DNA of 64,000 nucleotides from positions 1,344,001 through 1,408,000 of the forward strand of contig CP000068.1 of NCBI GenBank assembly GCA_000002445.1. The letters are read 5' to 3'. A program made the position numbers and the translations under genes. Position 1 is the first letter of the stretch, and each line of letters starts with the position of its first letter. The DNA is from Trypanosoma brucei (taxonomy: Eukaryota). Shown piece by piece: positions 35,354 through 46,117 of this stretch. Under the pieces are notes generated by a model. It was not told the DNA's origin, made no database searches, and saw nothing but the letters and a program-made list of their open reading frames with translations.

Positions 35354-36094
35354 TTCATTTGTGCGAGCATTTATTGATGAGAATGTGAACACTCAATAGC
35401 GTATTTGGCGGCAGTTGCGACGCCGGGTGGTCAAGCTGTCCAATGAGTAGGACGCTAACACAAGATGAATGAGAAGTCAATTAGAGACATTTGAGGCGGG
35501 TGTGTAAGGCTAACCCTAAGGGTGAGTAAATGAAAGTGGATGGAGGGAACGAGCAGATGGGTTGGAGGTGGTCGCGGGAGATGCTTCGAGCTGGAGACCT
35601 TCGTCACCTAGAGTGGGGACACGACCAGAAGCAGTTCGTCGTGAGCGACAAAAACTTTAGTTGTGTCGCAAATTCAGGAGATAGCTTACCCACTTTCATC
35701 TAGAATTGCAGAATAGTTGAAGGCGGTTGCAGGACCGTCACCGAAGGATACACCGAGGCAAGGCTGACATTTCTAACCCTTTGCCAACAGTGACAACAAA
35801 ACAAATATTGAAATGAAGCCCGTCGACCCGTAAGTGTTTCGGGGGATTTGGTGAAACAAGAGGGAACAACGTAGGAGATTTGGTGGATGATCAGGGGCAT
35901 CTAATTGAGGAAACAGGGCGCTTTTGTCGTTTGTATATCTCGCAGCAGTGTTTGTTACGTTATTTTGCGTAGTGCTTTGAGAGGTGTTTATCTTTTATTG
36001 TTATTATTATGACGCGCGTCTGGTTGCTACTAATTTTGGATGGTGACGTATGTTTTTCTGGGCTTGTATGTCTTTGCATAGGGAATCGTAGATA

Positions 36095-37069
36095 ATGAAG
36101 ATCACTATCGTGGAATTGGTCATTTTGTTATTTTTCGCAGTTAACATTGATGGGGAAGGAGGCGCTTGTATGTTGTTGGCAGATGTCGAGAATGATGTAA
36201 GTTTAGATGAATCTGTATGCTACCTCAGCTGTCTTTCGAGTGCTCTAAGCAAATTATACACTGATGGGGAGCGGAAAATGTTTGTGAATGAGGAGGTATA
36301 CGCAAATGCGTCTCGTATATTGGATGATATGGAATGGAAATCAGGTGAAAGCGCAACGTATTTGAGCGTAATTAGTGGTGTAATGGAAGGGAAACATGAT
36401 AAATTGGAAAAACTTATATCTTATGGAAGTGCAATGGGAGACCTTGTAGCTAAGGTTGGTGGATTATTTGTTGGGGTTAATGAAAGTGTAAGGGCAGTGA
36501 GGAATGCAGTACCCGACGCCCTCATAACAGCGAATAAATACTATACAGCCGCCGCCGAGGTTGAAAGGACTGTGTGGGACGATGTTAAAGGGATGGAGGC
36601 TCCGAGGATGTCGGCTGAATGCAGTGATCCAGTGTTCACAAATGTTGCAGGGTATAAGGTCATATGTCCAGATTACGTATGTCCATTCAACCATGGTGTG
36701 ACCGCAGCGGCCTTTCGCAAGTATAAAAATGAATGCCTTGAGATAACTGTGTATTACCCTAATAAGTGCAGAGCCCAAGGATTACCACGAGGCAAATTAT
36801 ACGGAAACGGTATTGTAAAGAATTTGACTACACTTTTGGAGTGGCGTGACGACCACAGTTATTTCCAACTGACACTGAAAATACGGCAGATGCTCGATCC
36901 TCTCATCGTACCTTTTGCTTCCGGGTTTCCACCATCTGTCCTCGTCGGTACACTGTCCAACATCACTTCTCTATATTCCCACTTTAACGAGGTCTACAGC
37001 AACTTCACTTCACTGCTCCTCGGCACCAATACCCCTGAAAATGTAAACAGGACTAATTTTCCGATCTAA
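36095..37069 (+). CDS. Secreted N-glycosylated ESAG-like glycoprotein (324 aa); possibly ESAG1-like
   Basis: Signal peptide (MKITIVELVILLFFAVNIDG), multiple NxS/T sequons and about 9 Cys. No TM is present. It is the last '+'-strand gene before the strand switch. Its length is in the range of ESAG1, but that assignment is not verified. Confidence 0.55.
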   Translation: MKITIVELVILLFFAVNIDGEGGACMLLADVENDVSLDESVCYLSCLSSALSKLYTDGERKMFVNEEVYANASRILDDMEWKSGESATYLSVISGVMEGKHDKLEKLISYGSAMGDLVAKVGGLFVGVNESVRAVRNAVPDALITANKYYTAAAEVERTVWDDVKGMEAPRMSAECSDPVFTNVAGYKVICPDYVCPFNHGVTAAAFRKYKNECLEITVYYPNKCRAQGLPRGKLYGNGIVKNLTTLLEWRDDHSYFQLTLKIRQMLDPLIVPFASGFPPSVLVGTLSNITSLYSHFNEVYSNFTSLLLGTNTPENVNRTNFPI

Positions 37070-38980
37070 CAAACACGTATACATTTCCTCCTTCCTATCA
37101 ATCTGTTTCTTTCGCATGTTTTTGTGCGAGTTCGCACACACCCATGTGCTCAATAATCGTCTTTTTGTATTGACATGTTTTGTTTCCATAGAAAATAGTC
37201 CAAACCTTCTGCGGTGGTAATGTTAAAATATCAGAAATTGTCCTATGTGTAGTTTGCGTGTACGAAGCAAAGTTCTTATTACGTACCTTTCAGAGCTTTT
37301 CTTTTGTAAGAGTTGCAAGAGTCTGTGCGATATGAAAGTGAAGCGCTGGTGGGGATAGTGACTCCACGGTTGCTGCGTTGCGACGTGGCCTCATGAGCCC
37401 ATAGCGTGGATGCCATTCGGCTGTGTGGTCGTTCGATGAGAAAGACAGCAATCATATGGTTGATACCTTCTTTTATTTTTCCGGCGCCATTCCTGGCTGT
37501 TTTCAAAGGATACTCATTGCAGACGCAGCGGCTTTTAGTGACGTTGTCAAAACACGTTGAAGACGGTGCGTTTGCGAGGTGACCTTAAGGGAGGGGGGGG
37601 GTAGAGAACGGTGGGTGTGGTGTGTGAATGGAACTTGGAGTGTCTTTTCAGTGAGGAAATAATAGCATGATGTGTAACGCCTAGTGCGTTGTGTGAAGCA
37701 AAATCCTTTTTAGGGGATAGATGGCCGTTGTCTTTTTCATGAAGTGGAGGTATTTTAGAATAGCGAAGGTTGTATGAAATTATACGTCACGTTTGTGCGT
37801 TTTTTCTTTCTTTTCGATTATATGAAAAAGGTGGTTATTACTTTCATTGCTATTGAGTGAGAATATTTTAGAGGCGATACCATTGGCTACAAGTAAGAGC
37901 GGTATCGAATATTGGAGGAGCAGCGCAGCGCAACGAGCAAATGTCGATTCTCACTGGGCCATTTGTGACGCGAGGTATCTAGGTGCATATGGAGAGGTGT
38001 GTGGCGTCGCACTCATCCTCGTAGCAACGCTGTGTCACCGCGCTGCACCTAAAGAGATCGTAGCAGTTGTTTTGGCAATCGAGGTGGTCTTTTGACACAA
38101 GTTGTGTGGCACTGTGGAAAATCCCTCGAAAATTATCATTTCTATCTCACCCCTTATTTGTGGAGGCGAAACAAACGTTGTACTCACCATCAATCGGTAT
38201 CTCTCCCCAATCAGCTGCACAATCAAAACTTTCATTAACGCGCTTCCAATGTTTTCTTGGTAGGGCGCCAATGTTACATGCCTTTTACAAAATTTCAATC
38301 TTGCTGTGAGTAGCGGCTCTTTTTGCTCCACTCACCGCTTTAATAGCTACCGCGTGAGGTTCGCCATAAAAAAAAAATCCTCGGAATGGCGCATCGTCGT
38401 TTGAATGTGCCCTAGTTGTAGAATCACTGCAACACACGGAAGCAGCAACAGCTCTTTAAGTTTGTTTCGTTGGGCTAAAAATCGGAACCTCTTAAAGGGG
38501 AGTTAAAGAAGACTGCAAAATTATAATTAACGGGGCGTTATTTTTCATTACGTTGATCTATTCTTAGGTCCACAGTAAGTCCAAACTCGTTTCAACTGTT
38601 GCAACACATCTAGTGTTTGTATGTCAATCAGCGGCCGTTAGCAGCACCCATTTTCTAAGCGAGTGAAATCGTGAATCTACCATGCCAAATGAGCGATACA
38701 CCTCCCCTTCCAAAGCAATATGAAAGGATCCTTGCTCCACACCGGTGTCTGTGTATTTTATTCGAGTCAAAGTAGCCTTTTTTCGCATCGTTATCTGTGT
38801 GGGACGTGTTATCAACGAATTGCCATCAAGGTTGGAGCGCACCATATTTGCTTCCAGAGGAATTATTGTATGTTATGTCCGAACTAGTTATGCGTGACCA
38901 GTTGCAAACGTTCAGCTTTTAGTCCTCGGTCTTCCTTAATTGCGAAAACAGTTTACTTGAGAGTGAAAGGCTTCTGCCTC

Positions 38981-40687
38981 TTCTTTTTTTTTTGAGCCAA
39001 ACGTAAAGAGCATAGTGGAGTTTACAATTTTCATTCAGAGGAGTGGGCAGCTTTTTGTGTAGTCTATTCTCCTTTATAGGGGTGTTCCTCTCGAATGAAG
39101 AAAGTACATGTTGGAAGAGAATGAGGGGATTCTCAATTTCTAGGAGGAATTGTGCAAGGTTCTTGGTGAACACTATCTTCTGCATATTTTCGCCTTCAAG
39201 CCCGAAGTAACTGCGGAGCACTTTAGGCTTGAGCGCACGAGTATGTGGGTGGGATTCCCTTCGCATTCGTTGGAGTGTGTATGTTTCCTTTCAACGCAGA
39301 TTTCATGTTTTTGATGGCGATGTATAGATGAACCTGATGTTGAGCGGGACGTCTTATTTCGGTTTACGAACGTGAAGTGTAGATGAAATCCTTTGACGTT
39401 GAAGCTCCGGAGCGGTGGTGGAGATTCTTTTGCTACGGAGAAGGGATGCTGTCTATGCATTCCCCCGAAGTGCTCCATCAGGCTGTCTTTTGATACATGC
39501 GTATGACGGCATTGCGTGCAACAGGTGTCATTTACACCTATAGTTACCGTGTTCCAAATGAGGGATACCTCTTGTTCTGTGATGGAACGGCTCCGTTTTG
39601 TACCAGCGTTACTATCCAGGGGATGGCCTCTGCGGTGTTGAATCTTGGTGTTTGGTGTTGTTCCCCCTTTTGATTGTGATACAAAGCTGCATTGCCTGCA
39701 TTGTAGCCGCTCAGATGTGCCTACTGGGTCGTTCAGTGGATGCCCTCTCGTTTCCGTCGCTCGGGAGCCCTTCGTTGGAATACTTGCATTCTCCTCGAGT
39801 TCTCGTTGCCTTCTTATTCCTCGCGACCCCGTTTGCGGTTGTACTTCGCAGTATTTCATCCCGTGACTTATCACTAGTCCATTTTCCGTGTGAAATATAT
39901 AGCTGCGAGGTCCATATATCGCTTCATTTTCTCCAGGGGCTGAACTGGTGGTGTTATCACTTTGTTCATTGGTGTTGGGTTGATGCGGTCGGTTTTCACT
40001 TTGTGTGCCTATCCGTTTCTCCACCACTGGAATGATGTGCTAAAGCTGACCTCTGCTCTTTATTCCATGACGTATTGTCGAGCCTTTCTGCTAAATCAAT
40101 TTGAACCCACGGATTCCTCACTGGAGTGCGTTTTTTATCATATTCAGTGTGGACTATGGTCCCGCCAGTGTGGGGTGGAAAGGGACTGTCGTTGGTCATG
40201 GAGTGTTTCTGTGGCCTGCGCAATGTTAGTACACCTGCACTCTTGGATTGAAAGCCACACTCTGCGCAAACCCATATGTGCTGTTTGATATTTTCATCTC
40301 TCCGCTTCTCCGACATTTCATCGTCTAACTTTCTCGTTTTGCCGTGAAGGCATCGAGTTTTGTGCCATGTGAGCCCTCCTTTGTTTCCATAGGATTTGTT
40401 ACAGACAATGAGCGCATACGACTTCGGTGGAGGGGGCAGGGGTTATAGGGTGAAATTTCAGGCACCACCCCAAGTTCTGCAGCATGTGCGGGTGATACTG
40501 CTGATGGCACGCTTGCCACGTGCCCAGGGACCGACAAATAAAAGACGCTGCTGATCCCTGTGCTGTATGACGCTGTAGCCGAAGCAAAGCATTGTTCCCC
40601 ATGAGAAGAACGCTGCTGGCTCTTGGCTTCCCCCGATGAGACGGGGTACTGGACTCTGACACCACCTTGATGGAGCCAGCATCACCA
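38981..40687 (-). mobile_element. Degenerate, internally deleted ingi/RIME-family non-LTR retroelement (DIRE-like) with a poly(A) tail
   Basis: Its 5' ~350 nt (40330-40687, '-' strand) are homologous to the ingi/RIME 5' fragment at 61163-61490, with a shared 'CCCTGG(C/T)G...CATCGGGGGAAGCCAAGAGCCAGCAGCGTTC' start. Internally it carries C2H2 zinc-finger ORFs. It ends in A11 (T11 on '+' at ~38981-38991). Confidence 0.6.
39173..40027 (-). CDS. Retroelement-derived C2H2 zinc-finger ORF (284 aa), likely a remnant of the ingi ORF C-terminus
   Basis: CRQCSFVSQSKGGTTPNTKIQHRRGH and CTQCRHTHVSKDSLMEHFGGMH are C2H2 fingers. A third finger (CAECGFQSKSAGVLTLRRPQKH) lies in an adjacent upstream frame. Confidence 0.45.
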   Translation of the reverse strand: MVEKRIGTQSENRPHQPNTNEQSDNTTSSAPGENEAIYGPRSYIFHTENGLVISHGMKYCEVQPQTGSRGIRRQRELEENASIPTKGSRATETRGHPLNDPVGTSERLQCRQCSFVSQSKGGTTPNTKIQHRRGHPLDSNAGTKRSRSITEQEVSLIWNTVTIGVNDTCCTQCRHTHVSKDSLMEHFGGMHRQHPFSVAKESPPPLRSFNVKGFHLHFTFVNRNKTSRSTSGSSIHRHQKHEICVERKHTHSNECEGNPTHILVRSSLKCSAVTSGLKAKICRR

Positions 40688-42094
40688 GGGTGTGCAGCAT
40701 GTTTCAACCGGCGCAATGCCTCATGGTAGGGTACACTGTGAATTTAGTTCGTATGAAACACTATGTGAGCTCTATCGGAATTTATTTTCCCGCAGTGTGC
40801 GCAGGGATGGGTCTGACACCATCTGCACCTGTTAGGAACTGTTTTGTTTATCCTCCGCAGCAACCATCCTTATGTATTCGATGTCCCAATGCGGAATTGG
40901 CGACTTCACCTGGTCTATCGGTTTAGTGGCAAATTTTCTTTAGTTGGTTGCCATTCACCGGTCATTTCCAACCTGTGTGTCTTCAGTTTCTCTCTGCTCG
41001 CCCTGAGGTGTCACTTTTCCAAGGCAGTGATGTCGTGTATCCACCCAACGTCTTGTTGAGTACGTTGGCAGATGCCCTCGCTTTTTTTTCCGTAAATTCA
41101 TTCTTTTCTACACTACAATGATCAAACACAAACTGAAGGCAGATGCTGGTGCTATGATATCCGATACCCAAGAGTACTATCCAAATCCGCCGCAAAATTC
41201 CTGCCTTTACCGCTGTTTCTCCCATTCGCAGTGCCTCGAAGAGCGACCGTCGGTCGGTAGAAAGAGACATTTTACACGGATGAGCTCCCTTCGGCCCTAA
41301 TATGTTTATCATTTTATGCAAAGCCTCGAACACTATGAAGTTAGTGGTAGCAGCCTCATTGTGGTGCCAGGGTTTATTACTCAGGGAGAATTAAAGTTTT
41401 TGTGGAAGCTAACTGTTACCACATGAACACCGGTATATCGGCAACAATGAATGATTACTGTGGTGTCATGGCGCGTGCACTTTTGAACGTTGAAGATATT
41501 TATGTATGTGCAGCGCAAATCAACCAGCAAATATGTGGCTACCTCGTGTTTTGGGGTTTAGTACCCTGTCCAAGGGGAACCCATCGAAGTCGCATACATG
41601 CCGCTAGCCGTACAGCTAGAGGATGAATTCACAGGGTGGGATGCCACGACAGCTATAGGAGGTGTAGTTCGCTGCAACGGAGACCGTCCCTTTAGACTAC
41701 TATGCGAGTCATGGCCACCATCCACTGGCGAAGTGGGTGTGTAATAATCTCCACCAAAGGAGGGTTTTAGTGAGTAGTGACTCGTTCTCCAAGGCTGAGT
41801 CCCACACTATCAGGTTATGTGACATGATGTGCATAAATGTATTTCCTGCCCTTTGATAGTGTATCGTGGTCACGTTGGTTGCTAATCCGAAGAATAAAGG
41901 CAAAAACATTTATATTTTTCAAAATTTGCCACAATCTTGAAATTTTCATCATAAAGCGTTATAATGTTTCAAATTACAGAAAATTTATCAAATTTTCTCA
42001 AAGTGGTAAATTTAATAAATTTCATTAAGTTGAGCGATAATCCTTGGTATTATAAAATTCTAGAATTATACCATACCCCCAAAGACAGCAGCCA

Positions 42095-43636
42095 TCAGAG
42101 CAAATTTTTGGTTACGAAAAAACTCGAAAAGCGGCACTCGGGATTGGGAAGTTTGCCTGTACCATCAACAAAATCAATCCATCCGCATACTGCTTTCTGA
42201 CCCGGTTTTACATCCTTGTTTTCCGCTTCACAGGCTTGCTGGGTTTGTTGTTTATTGCAATCTACCCCGGTACTTGTCTCTCCTGCTCCTGTTGCTGTGG
42301 TTCCTGTTCCTGGTTTAGGTTTGCATTCCTTTGTGGTGTCATCATAGTCGCAGTTGGTGGTTGGGCACTCTGCTGGGGTGGTGTTTTTCTTTGGGCATTT
42401 TATTTGCGTGTTTAGTGTTGGGTTTTCAGGCGCTGTGTTTCCCGTCTGGGTTGCTGGTGGGTTTGCTGCTGTCTCGTAAAGGCTGTGCATGGACTCGGCT
42501 AGTGATATTAGTTTAGTCCGCTGGTGTGTCAGCTTCCTGAGCAACTGCTTTCGCTCCACTAGTTTTTTCCGGGCTTCCATTAACCTGCCGTACCATTTTA
42601 TGGCTTGCCCTATCTTTGTCCTGGTGTTTTGCTTGAACGCTGCGGCGTAGTTTACGCAGCTGTGTTCCGAGGCCTGGTTACCTGTGCACTGAGTTGTTCC
42701 ATCCTGGCCTTTGCCGTATGCGAAGTTTCCTTTGTCGGTCGCGCTCCCTAAAGTATATCGGCCTAGTAATGTTGTGAATGCGTGTAGTTGGGTTGTTATC
42801 GTCGTCGGCGTAAGCGGCTGTGCTTCGGCGGTCTGTTCACAAATGGAGTGGAGTGTTTTGTAGATGGTTACCCCATTGCTAGCCGTGTTGTAGTCAGTGT
42901 TGTACGTGATGCCTTGTGTGTGGGCCGTGCAGACTGACAAAGTACTTGTTGCTGTTGAAGATCCGGTGCCGCAGAGACACGCCATGTCTGAAGCTAGCTA
43001 CTTTCCTGGCCCGTTTAGCGTTACACACGCTGCTGTGTATGTCGCCGTAAAGGCATCTGCTGGTATGTCCGTGAAAGCTCCTTTTCCGGCCCTAGCGCCG
43101 CCGAGCAAGGCGCTGCGAGTTGCTGCTCTGATGTTATCCGCGTTGGTGGAGAGTTCTTCTGTTGTTTTCTTGATCGCGTCTCTGATCTGGCCGGCTCTGT
43201 TGTGTGTCACGTCCAAGAGCTTGAGCGTTGCCACCGGTATATCTTTGTGTTTGACACGTCTGTATTTCTGCTTGGCTCCTGTGTCGGCAATGGCTACATT
43301 GTCAAATTTAGACCGCGTTTGCAGCCACTGATTGATCCTGTTCTGCTTCTGACTAGCGTCTTCTTCACCAGTGCCAGCATTTGGTTCGGGTCCGTTATCG
43401 TAATACGTGTCATTGGCGGTTAAGGTAAAGATTGTGTCGATTGTTGTTTCTGCTGCCTTTGCAGCTTCTGTTAAGTCGGGCTCATCATCGTCTTTGATTT
43501 CTTCCTTCTTTAGCATCACATCCATGTGACAGAATAGGTTGAACTCCGGGCCGTTGAGTGCCTCCCCTGCTGATTGGCCGAGTTTGGTTGTGCAGCACAT
43601 GGTTAGTGCTAGGAGAAGATAGAGCAATTTGAACAC
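42095..43636 (-). pseudogene. VSG: VSG (VSG-1 of array), ~513 codons with a single in-frame TAG
   Basis: N-terminal signal peptide and domain (MFKLLYLLLALTMCCTTKLGQ...), then C-terminal domains (…CDYDDTTKECKPKPG…CGW…). The N-terminal and C-terminal ORFs are in the same frame and are separated only by TAG at 42998-43000 (…NGPGK*LASDMACL…). Confidence 0.85.
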
Positions 43637-44179
43637 ACACCTTTAGAGCTAAAATAAATTATTACAAATACGCTAAGCAGTGGATTTGTAAATGTTTTAA
43701 GCTGTTTTCCCTGCCGTTGTGCGCCGGTATGGCGGCGCTCGGGAACAATAATACAGCGCAAGTGATACGACGTTGTCAAAAAACAAGGGATTTTCGTTTT
43801 ATAAGCATAAAAAAGATAATGTATTAGTGTCTAGACTGCTGCAGGAAAATAGCCTAATTTTTATAATTTCTTAGCTTAAAACAATCCATTCGTTAAAACG
43901 CTACACCACAAACATTCACATATTTATAATCAACCTCATGTCTGCTTACCGCAAAATTTTGAAATTTCTACAAATCTTGCTCAACATATATTTTTACTTC
44001 CATATCTTTATACCAAGTAAGATTTTTCACAATAAATTTTGCTTTTTAGTCCCATACAATAGTGTGTCTAAGAGAATAAATAAGTAGAACTACTCTAATC
44101 CAACCACCAAATGAAATCGAAAAAAAACTCTTCATAATCCAATCCAAACATCCCTCTCTTTAAAACAAACCTTTCACCA

Positions 44180-44770
44180 ACAGCTTCTACCTGAATTGCA
44201 CTCCATATTAGCAACGGTTTGTGAATACTCTGCTCTGACCACCAATCCTCACTTCCCTTTAGTAACTCTCCAAAAGCATATTCAAATTTCTTAAAAGCCC
44301 ATACTCTGGCTATTAAACCACCACCACTAAGATAAGATTTTCCACTAGGAGGTGATTTTAGAAAATGAGTTAACTTTTTATCCTCTTCTTTTCTGTAACC
44401 TACATTAAAAAATCAATAACATCTATCTGTAAATGCTCTTTGTGATCTGAGTTCATAAGCAAATCCAACTGAGGAGCATAACACTCAGCTGTCGACATGA
44501 ATAGAACTGGAGATTTTTCCTTCTCTTTTACTATATCCTCTCCATTAAACTTCTCTTCATTTTCAGCAGTATTTTGTATAAAATATTCCACTGCATTTTC
44601 GTACTTCTGTCCGTCAGTAACAATAACATCAGATCCATCCAAATGAATTAAAACATCCTCATCACTTGCATTATGTCTTTCTGAAAATTTCATAACCCAT
44701 CTAGGTCTATTAACATGGCTATACAAACCTGGCATTGCAGTTGTGATAATTTCAACATGGCTTAGTTGGC
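44180..44770 (-). pseudogene. GT31-like / ESAG3-like glycosyltransferase pseudogene fragment in the VSG-1 co-transposed region
   Basis: Its translation (…DEDVLIHLDGSDVIVTDG…AECYAPQLD…) parallels the 24247..25434 protein (…DDDVLVMFDGADTLFTDG…PDCYAPQLN… and RVWAYKEAF). It is frameshifted and truncated. Confidence 0.7.
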
Positions 44771-45774
44771 ACTCAATATGAGCCTACACCATCATTGAGT
44801 TGCATGAGTTTGAGCTACAACAACAAAGACTCTGTATTTTTTGACTCCTTCTGCGTTATGTTTGCCGTTTTGTTCTCTTAAATTTGATATTGAACCTATA
44901 CACACTGGGTGTAATAACAATGGTAATTGTATAGTTGTCAAGATTCCAAATTTCATTTCCTTATACACCTTTAAAATTTAAGAGGGTTGTAAAACATTTT
45001 AAACTTATTTAGATGCATCAATAATTTGCTTAGTTGGTGAAAACTTTTTTGCATATATAAGTAATGCGTTGATATTTTTAGTATGTAGTTTTTAAAGGAT
45101 GAATGGTCAATGTGCATCTACAGATCTTGTTTTAGAAGATATCTTTATCCATAGCTGTGATATTACACTACACGTGTTTCACTAGTTACTGCATTCACAT
45201 TTTCTTTTTATGCATTGTTATGGGAATAGCAGTAGTTAGTTACACTGATCAATTACTATGTGCACACAATTTCACATAATTTCTTGTACTATTCAACGCG
45301 GTTATTCGTCTTAATCATGGCAAACCCATTACTCTTGCATTACAAAATACTCCTACTTCTGTGGATAGGATCATCTACACTGCTTCATCCTTTCATTTTT
45401 CTGTAAATAAGGTGCATCATCGTCTCCAGACATCTAATTTTTTATGTGCTATGTTGTCGTTTCATTTCGTATTTTACCCTTTTCCTTTGTCATTCACTGC
45501 CTTATCACTGAAGATGATGTGACGAATCCATTTATCCTCTACACTAAATTCTGTCTTTCACTCATATCCCACTCTATCATTTTCTTGTTTATGATTATGC
45601 TTAGTCTCATTTTTGTAGGTAAAACCGCTCATTTTTCATTTCCATGTCTCGTTATATTCCTGCACTTTCTTTATTAACGTCCAATTTCTGCACCCTCTCT
45701 TTTACTCATTTTCCTACTCACTCATTTACACCAATTACCTCTTTGACATTGTGTTAAGTGATTTTATTCGCCTA

Positions 45775-45905
45775 CACATTAGGCTATCAGCACTTCTGTT
45801 ATTATAATATTCGTATATACACACACTCACAACACTCTCCTATCATCATTATTATTACTATTATTATTGTTATTATTATTACTATCTCAACCATAACTAA
45901 TATCC
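45775..45905 (-). repeat. 70-bp repeat tract (1-2 units) upstream of VSG-1
   Basis: attataatattcgtatatacacacactcacaacactctcctatcatcattattattact… is the reverse complement of the canonical T. brucei 70-bp repeat core (TTGTGAGTGTGTGTATATACGAATATTATAAT) and includes a TAA/ATT triplet tract. Confidence 0.8.
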
Positions 45906-46028
45906 ACAAAATAAATAGAAAATAAACCAAATTATAATATCACTCATTTTTTGATACCTCATTTCCTCACCACCTTGCACCAATAGGCGACTTTCACAGC
46001 ATTTTATTTTACAAGTTTTCATCAAAAA

Positions 46029-46044
46029 GTATTAATATATATCA
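46029..46044 (-). promoter_or_regulatory. VSG 3'UTR conserved 16-mer (variant) downstream of VSG-2
   Basis: The '+' strand reads gtattaatatatatca. Its reverse complement is TGATATATATTAATAC, close to the canonical TGATATATTTTAACAC. Confidence 0.6.
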
Positions 46045-46117
46045 AATTATCTAGAAATAGAAGTTTTAATTAATTTTAATAATTATAAAATTGGGCAAAA
46101 ACTTTTTATAAACTTAA

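Noticed and set aside
36095-37069. Naming the 324-aa secreted glycoprotein as ESAG1
   Set aside because: The size and glycoprotein character are compatible, but I cannot recall diagnostic ESAG1 residues. I kept it as 'ESAG-like, possibly ESAG1' rather than a firm call.
39598-40035. 145-aa '+' ORF antisense to the retroelement zinc-finger ORF
   Set aside because: It lies on the strand opposite the element's poly(A)-defined orientation and has no recognisable domains.
37070-42095. tRNA genes in the convergent strand-switch region
   Set aside because: I scanned for T-loop (GGTTCGAATCC/GTTCGATTC) and A-box-like motifs on both strands and found none. A formal tRNAscan-SE run is still needed.
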